Assembly (NCBI GenBank): GCA_964619725.1
Contig: CAZUFC010000079.1
Coordinates: 1-40,503, forward strand
DNA: 40,503 bases
Source of the DNA: an uncultured bacterium
Lineage (GTDB): Bacteria; CSSED10-310; CAZUFC01
Direction: 5' to 3'
Shown: positions 30,020-39,360 of the stretch, in pieces
Layout: each line of letters starts with the position of its first letter
How positions within the stretch are numbered: position 1 is the first letter of the stretch
Notes under the pieces: generated by a model
The model's input: the letters and a program-made list of their open reading frames with translations, nothing else
Database searches by the model: none
What the model was told of the DNA's origin: nothing
Made by a program: the position numbers and the translations under genes

Positions 30020-30050
30020 GCTCAGATTCAAAAACTTCTCCGCAGCTCCC

Positions 30051-30398
30051 CTATTTCTCTTTTATTTCTTCCGTCATAGCTCCCCGGATATTCACCAGTT
30101 CCTGAATCAGAGAAATCGATTTTTCATAAGCCGCGAGAGCCGCTTCAGCTTTTTCGATGATCTCAGGGTCCTTTTCCCGCGTAATGATCTCCTCCAGCTT
30201 CCCGCACGTAGCCTTGTATTTTTCATTGATTAATTCAAAATTCTCGCTCTCGATTAAATTTTCAATAAAATCAAATCCAAGCGAATCGCTCTTTTTGCTG
30301 CCTTCCGGAGGCACATAAGGCCCGCCGACGACACGCGATCCCGCCCTGAACGGTTTCATCTGCTTATCTTTCCCACCGCTATCTTTATCGGCCATCAT
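30051..30398 (-). CDS. Small helical protein in the YscE co-chaperone position
   Basis: 115 aa, C-terminal amphipathic helices, SD GAGGAGG; function inferred from position only. Confidence 0.55.
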   Translation of the reverse strand: MMADKDSGGKDKQMKPFRAGSRVVGGPYVPPEGSKKSDSLGFDFIENLIESENFELINEKYKATCGKLEEIITREKDPEIIEKAEAALAAYEKSISLIQELVNIRGAMTEEIKEK

Positions 30399-30433
30399 TT
30401 CCTCCTCTCGCCCTCAGCCTTTCAGTGCAAGGC

Positions 30434-31087
30434 TTAATTTTTCAAAAGAAATTCCTGTATCGTTTTCAACTGGGTATTCAGTTTTGCGTCAATCTGCCCG
30501 ATCTCCGTATCAATGATACAACCGCCCCGCGGTATGTTCTCATCCCCCCGGAAACTGAGCGATTTAGCACGTCCCAGCATTCCCATCAATTGCTTCTCTT
30601 TCCCGATCAAATACTCCAACTCCCCGGGATGAACCCTGACGATAATCTCCTGCTGCTGCCTGACCGCTCCAACTGCCTGCGTCACTATTTTTAAAATGGT
30701 CCTGGGATTCATCTTCAACTCATAACCGATGATTTTTTTCGCCACTCGCATCGACAACTTGATAATATCTGATTTTCCCTTCTCCAACAGCTTTCCGTAT
30801 TCGCGACGCGCTTCCAGCATGATCGACGTCACTTCCGATTTGCCGGCTTCATATCCCTCTTCGTATCCTCGCTTACGCTCCTCCTCCTTTTCCTCTTCCG
30901 CCTCCCGCTTTATCCTCGCCGCTTCCGACTCCGCCGCTTCCAATAGAGAACGCGCCTTTTCCGCCGCTGAATACATCGCTCCATCGATTATTTTGCCCTT
31001 TCCCGATAATACCTTCTCTATGTCGCCGCGAATATCCGGCTTGCCCTTCTCCTTCTTCCAGTCATCCAAATTTTTGATTATCTTCAT
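30434..31087 (-). CDS. sctL: Stator protein SctL (FliH/YscL family)
   Basis: 'RGYEEGYEAG' GxxxG repeats, 'IIVRVHP', 'RGGCIIDTEIGQIDAKL'. Confidence 0.92.
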   Translation of the reverse strand: MKIIKNLDDWKKEKGKPDIRGDIEKVLSGKGKIIDGAMYSAAEKARSLLEAAESEAARIKREAEEEKEEERKRGYEEGYEAGKSEVTSIMLEARREYGKLLEKGKSDIIKLSMRVAKKIIGYELKMNPRTILKIVTQAVGAVRQQQEIIVRVHPGELEYLIGKEKQLMGMLGRAKSLSFRGDENIPRGGCIIDTEIGQIDAKLNTQLKTIQEFLLKN

Positions 31088-31102
31088 GAACGCCCCCGAT
31101 TA

Positions 31103-31660
31103 TTACTCTGCTTGCCTTGCCTCTTCTAACGACCGGCCTTTTCCATGCGGCCCCGATATTCTTTCAATATATACTTTTTTAAAAGAAAAGCGAATATGAT
31201 TGATCACTTCTTTCGGCACGTCCGCCAGCGAAGAAACGCCCGGCAGACGCTTCTTTATCTTCGGCGGAAGCTCCTGCAAAATGCGCCTGGAAATTTCCTC
31301 CGGCATGTAACGCAGCATCAATGCTATCGTTCTCGGCGACTCGTTCTTCAATATATCCAGAATGACGTCCGCATTATCCAGCTTTATCCCCGCATATTCC
31401 CCGGCAAATAAATACTTCTTTACGCTGCTCAATACCATGTCGAACCTTTTTTTCGCAGGAAGCTGCGATAAATCCTCTATCTGTTTTTCCAGATACGAGG
31501 CATCCTCTTCAGGAAGATATTTCAGCAAACCTTTGTACCGCTCCTTTTCATACAGCAAAAGCAGAAGCAGCAAAGTGTTTTGTCTTTTTACCGACTCATC
31601 CATTCGTCGTCCGATCGAGGATAAGAAATTCTCCCGGATTAAAGCGCTTTGAATCCTCAA
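31103..31660 (-). CDS. Truncated FliG-like protein (N and middle domains only); start may be ATG 31603
   Basis: 'LKNESPRTIALMLRYMPEEISRRILQELP' matches the FliG-M 'EHPQTIALIL..L....A..IL..LP' pattern; precedes fliH/sctL as fliG does. Confidence 0.7.
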   Translation of the reverse strand: MRIQSALIRENFLSSIGRRMDESVKRQNTLLLLLLLYEKERYKGLLKYLPEEDASYLEKQIEDLSQLPAKKRFDMVLSSVKKYLFAGEYAGIKLDNADVILDILKNESPRTIALMLRYMPEEISRRILQELPPKIKKRLPGVSSLADVPKEVINHIRFSFKKVYIERISGPHGKGRSLEEARQAE

Positions 31661-31671
31661 ACTCTTCTTTA

Positions 31672-31699
31672 ATCATAAAATCATAACTCAAATTGTCAA
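31672..31699 (-). promoter_or_regulatory. sigma70-type promoter at the head of the T3SS cluster
   Basis: TTGACA-16 nt-TATGAT on the minus strand. Confidence 0.6.
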
Positions 31700-31885
31700 G
31701 CCTGTTGAAAAAATGCACGCGGCGCCGACGTCTTAACTTTCTCGAACGGGAACAGTATCGGGCAGTGTTCATTATCCTCCGATACAGCAAGTTTTTCCTT
31801 TTTTTTTGACATTTATCTTTTTTTCCGTAAATTATGCTAACAGTGTGAAGTTTAAAGGGATCAACTTAACAAAGGAGGGAAACTA

Positions 31886-33640
31886 TTGAATATCTTTGAA
31901 GCGCTGAAGCGCATCCGGTTAAATTATTTATGGTTTCTGGCGGTCATTCTGATCGTAAGCGGTCAGGTTCATGCCGTTCCGGGAATGATCAACTACCAGG
32001 GAAAAGTCGAAGTGGATGATGTACCTTTTACGGGTACCGGGTATTTTCATTTCGCCATCGTCCATAACGACACGGTATACTGGACCAATGACGGGAATGA
32101 CCCTGTGTTGACGGACGTCGAGCTTGAGGTCATGAACGGACTTTACCATGTCATGCTCGGTCACACGGGAGGCATGGTCCCGATTCCCTCATCCGTTTTT
32201 GAAAACGATGAGCTTTATTTAAGGGTCTGGTTCGATGACGGCGTGACGGGTATGCAACAGCTCGTTCCGGACCAGATGATCAGCAGTACGAGCTATGCTT
32301 TTCAGGCAGCAGACGTCTATGACCAGGATATAAATCCAGCCAGCGTCAGCATCACCGGATATGCAAAGGGAATGGTCATTAATGCTGATGGCCAGTGGGT
32401 CGGCGATCCAACAGGTCTGACCGGTCCTCAGGGCGATACCGGGCCGATGGGGCCGCAGGGCGATACAGGACCGATGGGTCCCCAGGGCGATACCGGGCCG
32501 ATGGGGCCGCAGGGCGACACAGGACCGATGGGACCGCAAGGCGACACAGGACCGATGGGACCGCACGGCGACACAGGACCGATGGGACCGCAAGGCAATA
32601 CCGGGCCGATGGGTCCCCAGGGCGATACAGGACCGATGGGACCGCAGGGTAATACCGGACCGGTGGGACCGCAGGGCGACACAGGACCGATGGGACCGCA
32701 AGGCGACACAGGACCGATGGGACCGCACGGCGATACCGGACCGATGGGGCCGCAGGGCGATACCGGACCGATGGGGCCGCAAGGCGATACAGGGCCGATG
32801 GGGCCGCAAGGCGATACAGGGCCGATGGGGCCGCAAGGCGACACAGGGCCTACTGGTCCCATTGCCGGTTCAGATATGCAGCTCATCTACAACGACGGCG
32901 GAATTGCGGGCGGCGCTCAGATTTACTATGACGACACATCACATTTTCTCGGAGTCGGAACTTCAAGCCCAGCCAGAAAACTGCACATATCTGAGGCCTT
33001 AAGGCTTGAACCCTCTTCGGCTCCATCAAATCCTTCTAATGGGGATATGTATTTCGACGTGACCGGCGCCCTTTGCTTCCGGGTCGACGACGCATGGACC
33101 AAGCTCGCAGGCGACGGAATTTGCGGAATGATTCTATATGACGATTTTGAAGATAATTCAATCAATACAGCTCTCTGGTATCCCTATACCGCCTACGGAG
33201 GACAGACAATGGAGACAAATGGTCAGTTGCAGACATGGGGTCATACGGGAGGCTGGACTGGCCTTGGAACTGTGGAAACGGTCCTGCTCAAGCAAGGATG
33301 GAAATTTGAACTCGCCGAAGCTTATCAGAATGGCGGACCCGGTTGCCAGGGATGGCACATCCGCGCGATCAACAGCGCTGACGGAAACAATATTGAAATA
33401 TTGAATAACGTCACATCAGGCTGCACAAATCCGCCGAATTTCGGAGATACCGCTGGAACGTACATTGTTCACGTCGATACGGACGCCGATCTAATCAATA
33501 TCTACAAGAACGACATCTTTTTGCGAAGTCTCTCAGCACAAGGATCAACCGAATTCAAAATTCATTTTCGCTGCGATAATGTTTATGGCTCAGGTAACTA
33601 CAGCCACCTGTTTCTGGAAAACATGTGGTGCGTCGATTAA
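31886..33640 (+). CDS. Secreted collagen-like fibre/adhesin protein
   Basis: SD AAGGAGG with TTG start; signal peptide; 'INYQG' N-terminal domain; Gly-X-Y tract; fibre-type '[13 protein letters not shown]'; beta-rich C-terminal domain. Confidence 0.85.
   Translation: MNIFEALKRIRLNYLWFLAVILIVSGQVHAVPGMINYQGKVEVDDVPFTGTGYFHFAIVHNDTVYWTNDGNDPVLTDVELEVMNGLYHVMLGHTGGMVPIPSSVFENDELYLRVWFDDGVTGMQQLVPDQMISSTSYAFQAADVYDQDINPASVSITGYAKGMVINADGQWVGDPTGLTGPQGDTGPMGPQGDTGPMGPQGDTGPMGPQGDTGPMGPQGDTGPMGPHGDTGPMGPQGNTGPMGPQGDTGPMGPQGNTGPVGPQGDTGPMGPQGDTGPMGPHGDTGPMGPQGDTGPMGPQGDTGPMGPQGDTGPMGPQGDTGPTGPIAGSDMQLIYNDGGIAGGAQIYYDDTSHFLGVGTSSPARKLHISEALRLEPSSAPSNPSNGDMYFDVTGALCFRVDDAWTKLAGDGICGMILYDDFEDNSINTALWYPYTAYGGQTMETNGQLQTWGHTGGWTGLGTVETVLLKQGWKFELAEAYQNGGPGCQGWHIRAINSADGNNIEILNNVTSGCTNPPNFGDTAGTYIVHVDTDADLINIYKNDIFLRSLSAQGSTEFKIHFRCDNVYGSGNYSHLFLENMWCVD
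32423..32854 (+). repeat. 16 x 27-bp coding tandem repeat (GPQGDTGPM)
   Basis: Counted directly: 432 nt = 16 units with mostly synonymous variation. Confidence 0.95.
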
Positions 33641-33728
33641 TTACCGTCGTTCACTTTTTCTATTCATGGAGACGCGTAAAAACATTCAACTGAAAAGAAC
33701 CTGAACATAACGAATCAGAGTCAATCAC

Positions 33729-33782
33729 GAACCGGTCGAAAAGGCATATCATCGTAAGCCTTTTTGACCGGTTCCTGTTTTT
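33729..33782 (+). terminator. Long hairpin, probable terminator after the collagen gene
   Basis: GAACCGGTCGAAAAGGC-12 nt-GCCTTTTTGACCGGTTC followed by CTGTTTTT. Confidence 0.6.
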
Positions 33783-34265
33783 CACCTTTATTTTCAGTGA
33801 ATGTTCAAGCAACTGCTGCAATTCGCATGAATAAAGAAAAAATCGGCATATTGAAATTCCGGGACTGATCAGAAGAGGGTAACGAATTGTATTCTTCTTC
33901 AAGCCTCTTGTAGAAGCGCAGCGCCCTTTTTCAAGACAGCGAGCGCAACCGGGCGGTTGATTTCGCTCAAGTTCATGCTTGACGTATAAATTGATGAAAA
34001 TTATAACGACTACGAATCTACAATTATTCAGCGCCTTTCCAAAAACACAATCCGATTTGAAGTTAACTCCTTTACAGGCGCTCGTCAATCGTCCCCTGAA
34101 ATCGCAAGCGCCGGGAACGGACATGAGCCATAAATACATGCTCCATGGAGGCAGTTTGTACTTGTAATCGCTTTTGGTATCGGTATCGCAATCGAGACAA
34201 ATAAAAAACGGGAGTTTCCACAAAGCGGAGAGTATCAGACATTGTTAAAGTTTGTTGTCCGAGCG

Positions 34266-35603
34266 TTAGTTTTTCAGATTAGGCAACGGCGAAGTCGTCC
34301 TTCCATATTTTGAACCTCCAGCCTTTTCAGGATCGAGCGTATCAATCAGCTCACTGATATTTTTCATGAGAACGGGAACGGCGTCCCAGCCGGGGCTGAG
34401 GCTTTCCTCGTAGTGTTCGCCGGAAGAGGCGGCGTTTGAAGGGTAATCGTAATTGTCCGGGTCGACCAGGTAGCCCATTTCTGCGTTTCCGAGACCTATC
34501 AGGAATGGGTAAGTGCAACGCATGTCCTGCTTGATGACCAGGCCGATTTCGGGGAACAATTCACCGGGAAGAGTGGCGAATCGAAGCTGATCGTCCAATT
34601 GAAAAACGCATAATTCTATCCCGATATGGGAAGCGTAGTAGAGCCTGATCAATTCCAGTTCGATCAGTCCGTATGTGCTTGCCGCCCAGAAGAGGGGATT
34701 CCGGTTGGGAATCAGGATGGTTTTCGTTAATATCTGCAGATCGGGGCTTTCCAGAACAAAGGCGTTTTCAAGCGCTTCCATCGCGTATTGCCCTATGGTA
34801 TGTCCGACTCTTTCCGCTTCTTCCCAGGTATGCCCGGAGACTCTGGGCGATATAAGGCCTCCCAGGGCGCCGCTGATGAACACGGTATTGCCGACGAAAT
34901 GTGAGTCCATATATTCGTAAACCCACTGGCAATAATCAGCGGTGATCTCTTGATTGGCGGCGCCGAGGACTTCCGGATGCGATCCGTAATTGATCAACGT
35001 GCCGATGGGCAGGCCTTCCGGCGTTTCGGCTGCCAGAACCAGGACTTCTTCATCAACAATGTAAGGCGGACGGGAGTCTCGGGAAAGTTCCGGAATAACA
35101 TTCGACGCTGTTTTTATTACGGCTTCCTGTGCTGTATTTTCCGCTTCCAGGGCCGCCTGGACCGCCTGATCTATGACGAACGCAAAATATTCGGGATTGA
35201 TGCCCGAAGAAAAGAGGTTGGGACCCCATAGCCCCAGAGTATCCGGCGCTTCGTGATTATGGGTGCAGCACACGATAACGTGCTGCGGAAGGAATCCGTT
35301 TTCCGCCAGCCTGTCCTTTATTTCCTTCACCCGGTTCGGAAGCATTCCGATCAAATCGAATGAAAGGACAGTTATTTTTTGCGCGCCGTTGTCCAAATGA
35401 ATGCAATTGACGTATATATCGTCGTGTATGCCTTCAGCCGGCCTGTTGATATCGTATCCCGCCAGGTAAATATCTTCCAGGCTCTCCGGCGTAATGACCT
35501 TTCTGCAGGAGCCTGCCGAAATCGTCCCCTGTCCGTTTGCAACCCACGTAAAAACGTGAAAAACCAATAATAACGTTATGATGCTTTTAATCCATATTTT
35601 CAT
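34266..35603 (-). CDS. Secreted neutral/alkaline ceramidase-like metallohydrolase
   Basis: Signal peptide; 'ITP', 'GIHDDIY', 'THNHEAPD', 'NYGSHPE', 'LPGELFPE', 'GLGNAEMGY'. Confidence 0.8.
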   Translation of the reverse strand: MKIWIKSIITLLLVFHVFTWVANGQGTISAGSCRKVITPESLEDIYLAGYDINRPAEGIHDDIYVNCIHLDNGAQKITVLSFDLIGMLPNRVKEIKDRLAENGFLPQHVIVCCTHNHEAPDTLGLWGPNLFSSGINPEYFAFVIDQAVQAALEAENTAQEAVIKTASNVIPELSRDSRPPYIVDEEVLVLAAETPEGLPIGTLINYGSHPEVLGAANQEITADYCQWVYEYMDSHFVGNTVFISGALGGLISPRVSGHTWEEAERVGHTIGQYAMEALENAFVLESPDLQILTKTILIPNRNPLFWAASTYGLIELELIRLYYASHIGIELCVFQLDDQLRFATLPGELFPEIGLVIKQDMRCTYPFLIGLGNAEMGYLVDPDNYDYPSNAASSGEHYEESLSPGWDAVPVLMKNISELIDTLDPEKAGGSKYGRTTSPLPNLKN

Positions 35604-35636
35604 GATGCAAATCCCCTGTCATTCAATGTTTCTCGA

Positions 35637-38159
35637 TTAATAAAAGGAGAAGCGTCGCCGATCGTACCGGCACAACAAAACATCGGAGTCCGGAGCCAGC
35701 AGTGCGGCCCAGAAATATAATCCGTCTCCCTGTCCGGCATCTTCCGGCCATATAAAATCCAGGAGCGTCTCCGAGGTCCTCTCGCAGGGAGCCATTGTTT
35801 TCCTTGTCGACCCGGGGATTTCCTGCCATTCGGGATTGAAATAATAAGTTCCCCAGACATCCAATATGACGTATTGATCAGCTTCGACCGGTTCCGGCAG
35901 ATGATTTTCCGTCGTTACTTCGAGCGTGAATCTGTCTCCCTCCGTATAACTGTCCATATTCATCTCTAAGGATATTCCCAATTTTTCCGGGGCCGGCGGG
36001 GAGTCCGGGTCGAAATTCCAATAAAACATTCCGATATGGGCCCCAAATACAAGCTCCGGCAAATTGTCGCCGTTGCTGTCCAGGACTTTCATTCCATTGT
36101 GATGCCCCAGCGCTTCGGCATATGGACCCGATGCCCATAGCTGTGTTCTATCTCCTGCGCTGAAAACACGAATAACGTCTGTGCCTGTGAAAACAAAAAC
36201 TTCGTTATTAATCGTAAACGTTTCAATACCGTATATTTCCTGATTATCCGCCTGGAAATTCCATTCCGCTTCGAGAGTCGTTCCGTCGAAGCAGACAACT
36301 TCACCGTGCAGGGTTCCTGCGAGCAAAGCAGGTTTCCGGTCGTTCCGGTTCATCAAGGCCAGACTGCTCAATTCATATTCCGGTCCGCATGTTCGTTCTA
36401 CCTGCCGGGAGAATCCATCAATAACGTAAAGTTTTTCTCCCCGTGCAACTGCCGCTATTTCCATCTGGGCATCCTCATCCACATCGCAACACTCCATATC
36501 GATGATCACACCGTCGCCGAGAGTTATTTCTTCTTCATCAGCATATTCATCGCCTGACAAAACAAGTATGTTGCCGTATTCATCGCCGAGAAAAATTTCG
36601 GATGCGCCGTTTCCGTCTGCATCACAAAGCAGGACTGAATGAAAAATCCGTAAACTGTATTCCTCCGAAGACCATTCTATTGTATGTTCTTCACCCATAT
36701 CGACGATTATTACACGGCCGTCGCCGTACTGGGGCAGGCGATCATGTCCCGTGATCACCAGTTCCGGTTCGCCGTCCGCATCAGCATCTCCCGTGGTGAC
36801 GGCATCGAGATAAATTTCCTGCAATAGCGGCTCTTCCGGCAACCATACAGGCTCGAATTCCGGCATCTTCCATATCATGATTCTGCCGCCCCGGGGATGC
36901 CTGCAACTGTCGAAACTTATCGCCGGCAGAAGAGATTCCCCGCTGCATTCCGTTAATGGACCAAAAACATAAGGACCCTGGCGTGACGGTTCGTTCCAGA
37001 CCGTCATATCGTCATCGCCGTTTTTGTGGATATGCATGGCTCCCGTGGTTGACGTAATTGATGAAACGACTGCATCGAAACAACAGGGGCGGCGCGATCC
37101 CGCCAAGATTCGGCCGAAGGAACTGTATTCTTTCGTTTTGACCTGCCAGGTCATATCATGAGTCGACGGATCGAAGGCTTTCAAATAACCATACATGCCG
37201 GCCAGCAGCTCCGCCGGCCGCTCGCCGTAAGCCGGCACGGCAAGCAGTCTGCTGACGAAAGAACCGGCATCGAATTCCCATTTTAATCTCTTCATATCCG
37301 CATCATATAACCGGATATGCGCTCCATAAGCTGAAGCCGGCTCCGGCAGCCCATCGCCGTCCATATCTGCAGCGCACAGAGAATACCCGAATCCTTCTGA
37401 ATTCGTCCAATCTTCCTCCCCGGTCAAACCGTCAACCACATGACCGACATTCTCCCACAACTCATTCACAATGATCTCGGCTGCGCCGTCGCCGTCAACA
37501 TCCGCCACGACATATTCGCCGATGCTCGGATAACTCAATTCCCATACAAACTCGAACGTATTGCCGTCAACGATCTTCAACGGCTCTGATTCATTCTGTT
37601 TGACTACAATGTCATTGATCCCGTCCCCGTCCAGGTCCCCTGTTCTCACTGATTCGCATGCCTTTAAAAACGTCATGTCATGAACAGCGACCCGAACCAA
37701 GTCGGTTCCATTAAGCTCATCGACATAGCCGTCGGTTCGGAATACCAGTACATTTCCACCCGGTCCCGAATGAGGAAACGGAACAACATCGCATATTCCG
37801 GCCTCCCCATAATACCGCGAAAACTTTTTTATGCTTATTCCATCTATTCCTGTCTGATAAAGCGCAACATGACCGGCGCCGTCAAACGAAAAGCCTGTTG
37901 ATGCCGCCAGCAGCTCCTCTATGCCGTCGCCGTCGAAATCGGTCATGTAACCGCCCCGGCTGCCGAAATCATTCCCCATATCGATATAAACCCAGTCTGC
38001 CGGCCTATCATCACCATAAGCCCGGCCTGAAAAAAGTAAAATAAACGCTATCGCCCATAAAATTAAAAACCGCAATCCTAAAATGGAAATACTTTTTGAA
38101 TGTCCTCCAGTTATTCTGATTAAACGCCTCATCAGGTACCTCCTCAACAATGCCTTCAT
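35637..38159 (-). CDS. Secreted FG-GAP/VCBS-repeat beta-propeller protein with distinct C-terminal domain
   Basis: Many D.DGDG..E/D motifs (DFDGDGIEE, DLDGDGIND, DVDGDGAAE, DMDGDGLPE, DADADGEPE); N-terminal signal. Confidence 0.82.
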   Translation of the reverse strand: MKALLRRYLMRRLIRITGGHSKSISILGLRFLILWAIAFILLFSGRAYGDDRPADWVYIDMGNDFGSRGGYMTDFDGDGIEELLAASTGFSFDGAGHVALYQTGIDGISIKKFSRYYGEAGICDVVPFPHSGPGGNVLVFRTDGYVDELNGTDLVRVAVHDMTFLKACESVRTGDLDGDGINDIVVKQNESEPLKIVDGNTFEFVWELSYPSIGEYVVADVDGDGAAEIIVNELWENVGHVVDGLTGEEDWTNSEGFGYSLCAADMDGDGLPEPASAYGAHIRLYDADMKRLKWEFDAGSFVSRLLAVPAYGERPAELLAGMYGYLKAFDPSTHDMTWQVKTKEYSSFGRILAGSRRPCCFDAVVSSITSTTGAMHIHKNGDDDMTVWNEPSRQGPYVFGPLTECSGESLLPAISFDSCRHPRGGRIMIWKMPEFEPVWLPEEPLLQEIYLDAVTTGDADADGEPELVITGHDRLPQYGDGRVIIVDMGEEHTIEWSSEEYSLRIFHSVLLCDADGNGASEIFLGDEYGNILVLSGDEYADEEEITLGDGVIIDMECCDVDEDAQMEIAAVARGEKLYVIDGFSRQVERTCGPEYELSSLALMNRNDRKPALLAGTLHGEVVCFDGTTLEAEWNFQADNQEIYGIETFTINNEVFVFTGTDVIRVFSAGDRTQLWASGPYAEALGHHNGMKVLDSNGDNLPELVFGAHIGMFYWNFDPDSPPAPEKLGISLEMNMDSYTEGDRFTLEVTTENHLPEPVEADQYVILDVWGTYYFNPEWQEIPGSTRKTMAPCERTSETLLDFIWPEDAGQGDGLYFWAALLAPDSDVLLCRYDRRRFSFY

Positions 38160-38401
38160 TTATAAATCCTCACGCCGCTATTTCCTCCTGAAAGTATTTT
38201 CGTCCAGCCCCCTGCTCCATTGCGCATCCCGCACTGCTCAAAATCAACCTAAAAAACGGCCCTCCTGTCCTATCCATCATTTCCCCTGTTTCCGGGCTGC
38301 GTGAGATTCCTTTTAGATTCTTCATTGTAATGCCTTTTATTAATCCTGGCAACTGCTTCCTGCAGCTTGACTTTGGACGCGAAATAAAGAAATATTGAGT
38401 C

Positions 38402-39340
38402 ATGATACGCCTAGGATTATGCTGCATATTCGTCAAACAGCCGATAAAGTTCAGACGGACGACCGCGAAAGCGCTGCAAAAGTCATCACGGGCGGAAGCA
38501 TTGCTGAAGTTATCTGAACTGGCGCTTCATAATGCGAAATCGCTTCAAAAAGCCCTGCATTTCTGCCGCCAAAATCGAATCGGGGCCTTTCGAGTTTTAA
38601 GCCAGGTTCTGCCTTTGAAAACTCATCCTGATGCCGGTTATGCAATGGAGGAACTTCCGAATTACGAGGAAATAATTCATGAATTCAAAATATGCGGAAG
38701 CACGGCACGCGAGGCGGATATAAGATTGTCGTTTCATCCCGACCAGTTTATTCTGCTCAATTCTCCGAGGGCGGAGGTCGTTGATTCGTCGGTGAAGGAA
38801 CTGGAATACCAGGCGGAAGTCGCTGACTGGATAGGCGGAGATGTTTTGAATATCCACGGCGGCGGGGGTTACGGCGACAAAGCTGCAGCGCTTGACCGGT
38901 TAAAAAAGTCCATAGAAAAGCTTCCTGATCGGATTCGTCAAAAACTGTCACTGGAAAACGACGACAGGGTGTATTCTCCTTCCGAATTGCTGCCGGTATG
39001 CCGTCAGATGAATATTCCTTTCGTTTACGACGTTCATCATCATCGCTGTCTGCCGGACGGTAAAACGATCGCAGAAACAACGGATGAAGCCGTAAAGAGC
39101 TGGAATAGCGAGCCGCTATTTCACATTTCAAGTCCGATTAAAGGGTGGGAAGGACCAAAACCAAACCGCCATCACGACTACATCGACATTAATGATTTCC
39201 CCCCGGAATGGCGGGAAATTGACTTAACCGTCGAGGTGGAAGCCAAGGCCAAGGAACTGGCCGTGATAAAACTGAGAAAAGACCTGGAGCGGCTGGGCAT
39301 AGAAATCAAAACGCGGAAAACGGAAAATCCGGGGCATTGA
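38402..39340 (+). CDS. uvsE: UV DNA damage endonuclease UvsE
   Basis: 'RLSFHPDQF', 'NIHGGG.YGDK', 'LSLENDD', 'YDVHHH', 'VEVEAKAKELA'. Confidence 0.95.
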   Translation: MIRLGLCCIFVKQPIKFRRTTAKALQKSSRAEALLKLSELALHNAKSLQKALHFCRQNRIGAFRVLSQVLPLKTHPDAGYAMEELPNYEEIIHEFKICGSTAREADIRLSFHPDQFILLNSPRAEVVDSSVKELEYQAEVADWIGGDVLNIHGGGGYGDKAAALDRLKKSIEKLPDRIRQKLSLENDDRVYSPSELLPVCRQMNIPFVYDVHHHRCLPDGKTIAETTDEAVKSWNSEPLFHISSPIKGWEGPKPNRHHDYIDINDFPPEWREIDLTVEVEAKAKELAVIKLRKDLERLGIEIKTRKTENPGH

Positions 39341-39360
39341 ACCGATTCATGCCTGACGTT

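Noticed and set aside
14115-31660. Ordinary flagellar operon
   Set aside because: The ring protein is a short lipoprotein of SctJ type rather than FliF; SctI and needle-like genes are present; no rod, hook, flagellin or motor genes are in the window
32423-32854. CRISPR array
   Set aside because: Contiguous 27-bp units with no spacers, mostly synonymous variation, in-frame collagen coding, no cas genes
32219-32886. Repetitive alternative-frame ORFs ([18 protein letters not shown])
   Set aside because: Shadows of the collagen repeat
33120-33640. Diversity-generating retroelement target at the fibre tip
   Set aside because: No template repeat or reverse transcriptase seen in the window
33660-34223. 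187-aa minus-strand ORF
   Set aside because: Atypical Cys-rich composition, no recognisable motif, runs through a terminator-like hairpin and a micro-repeat
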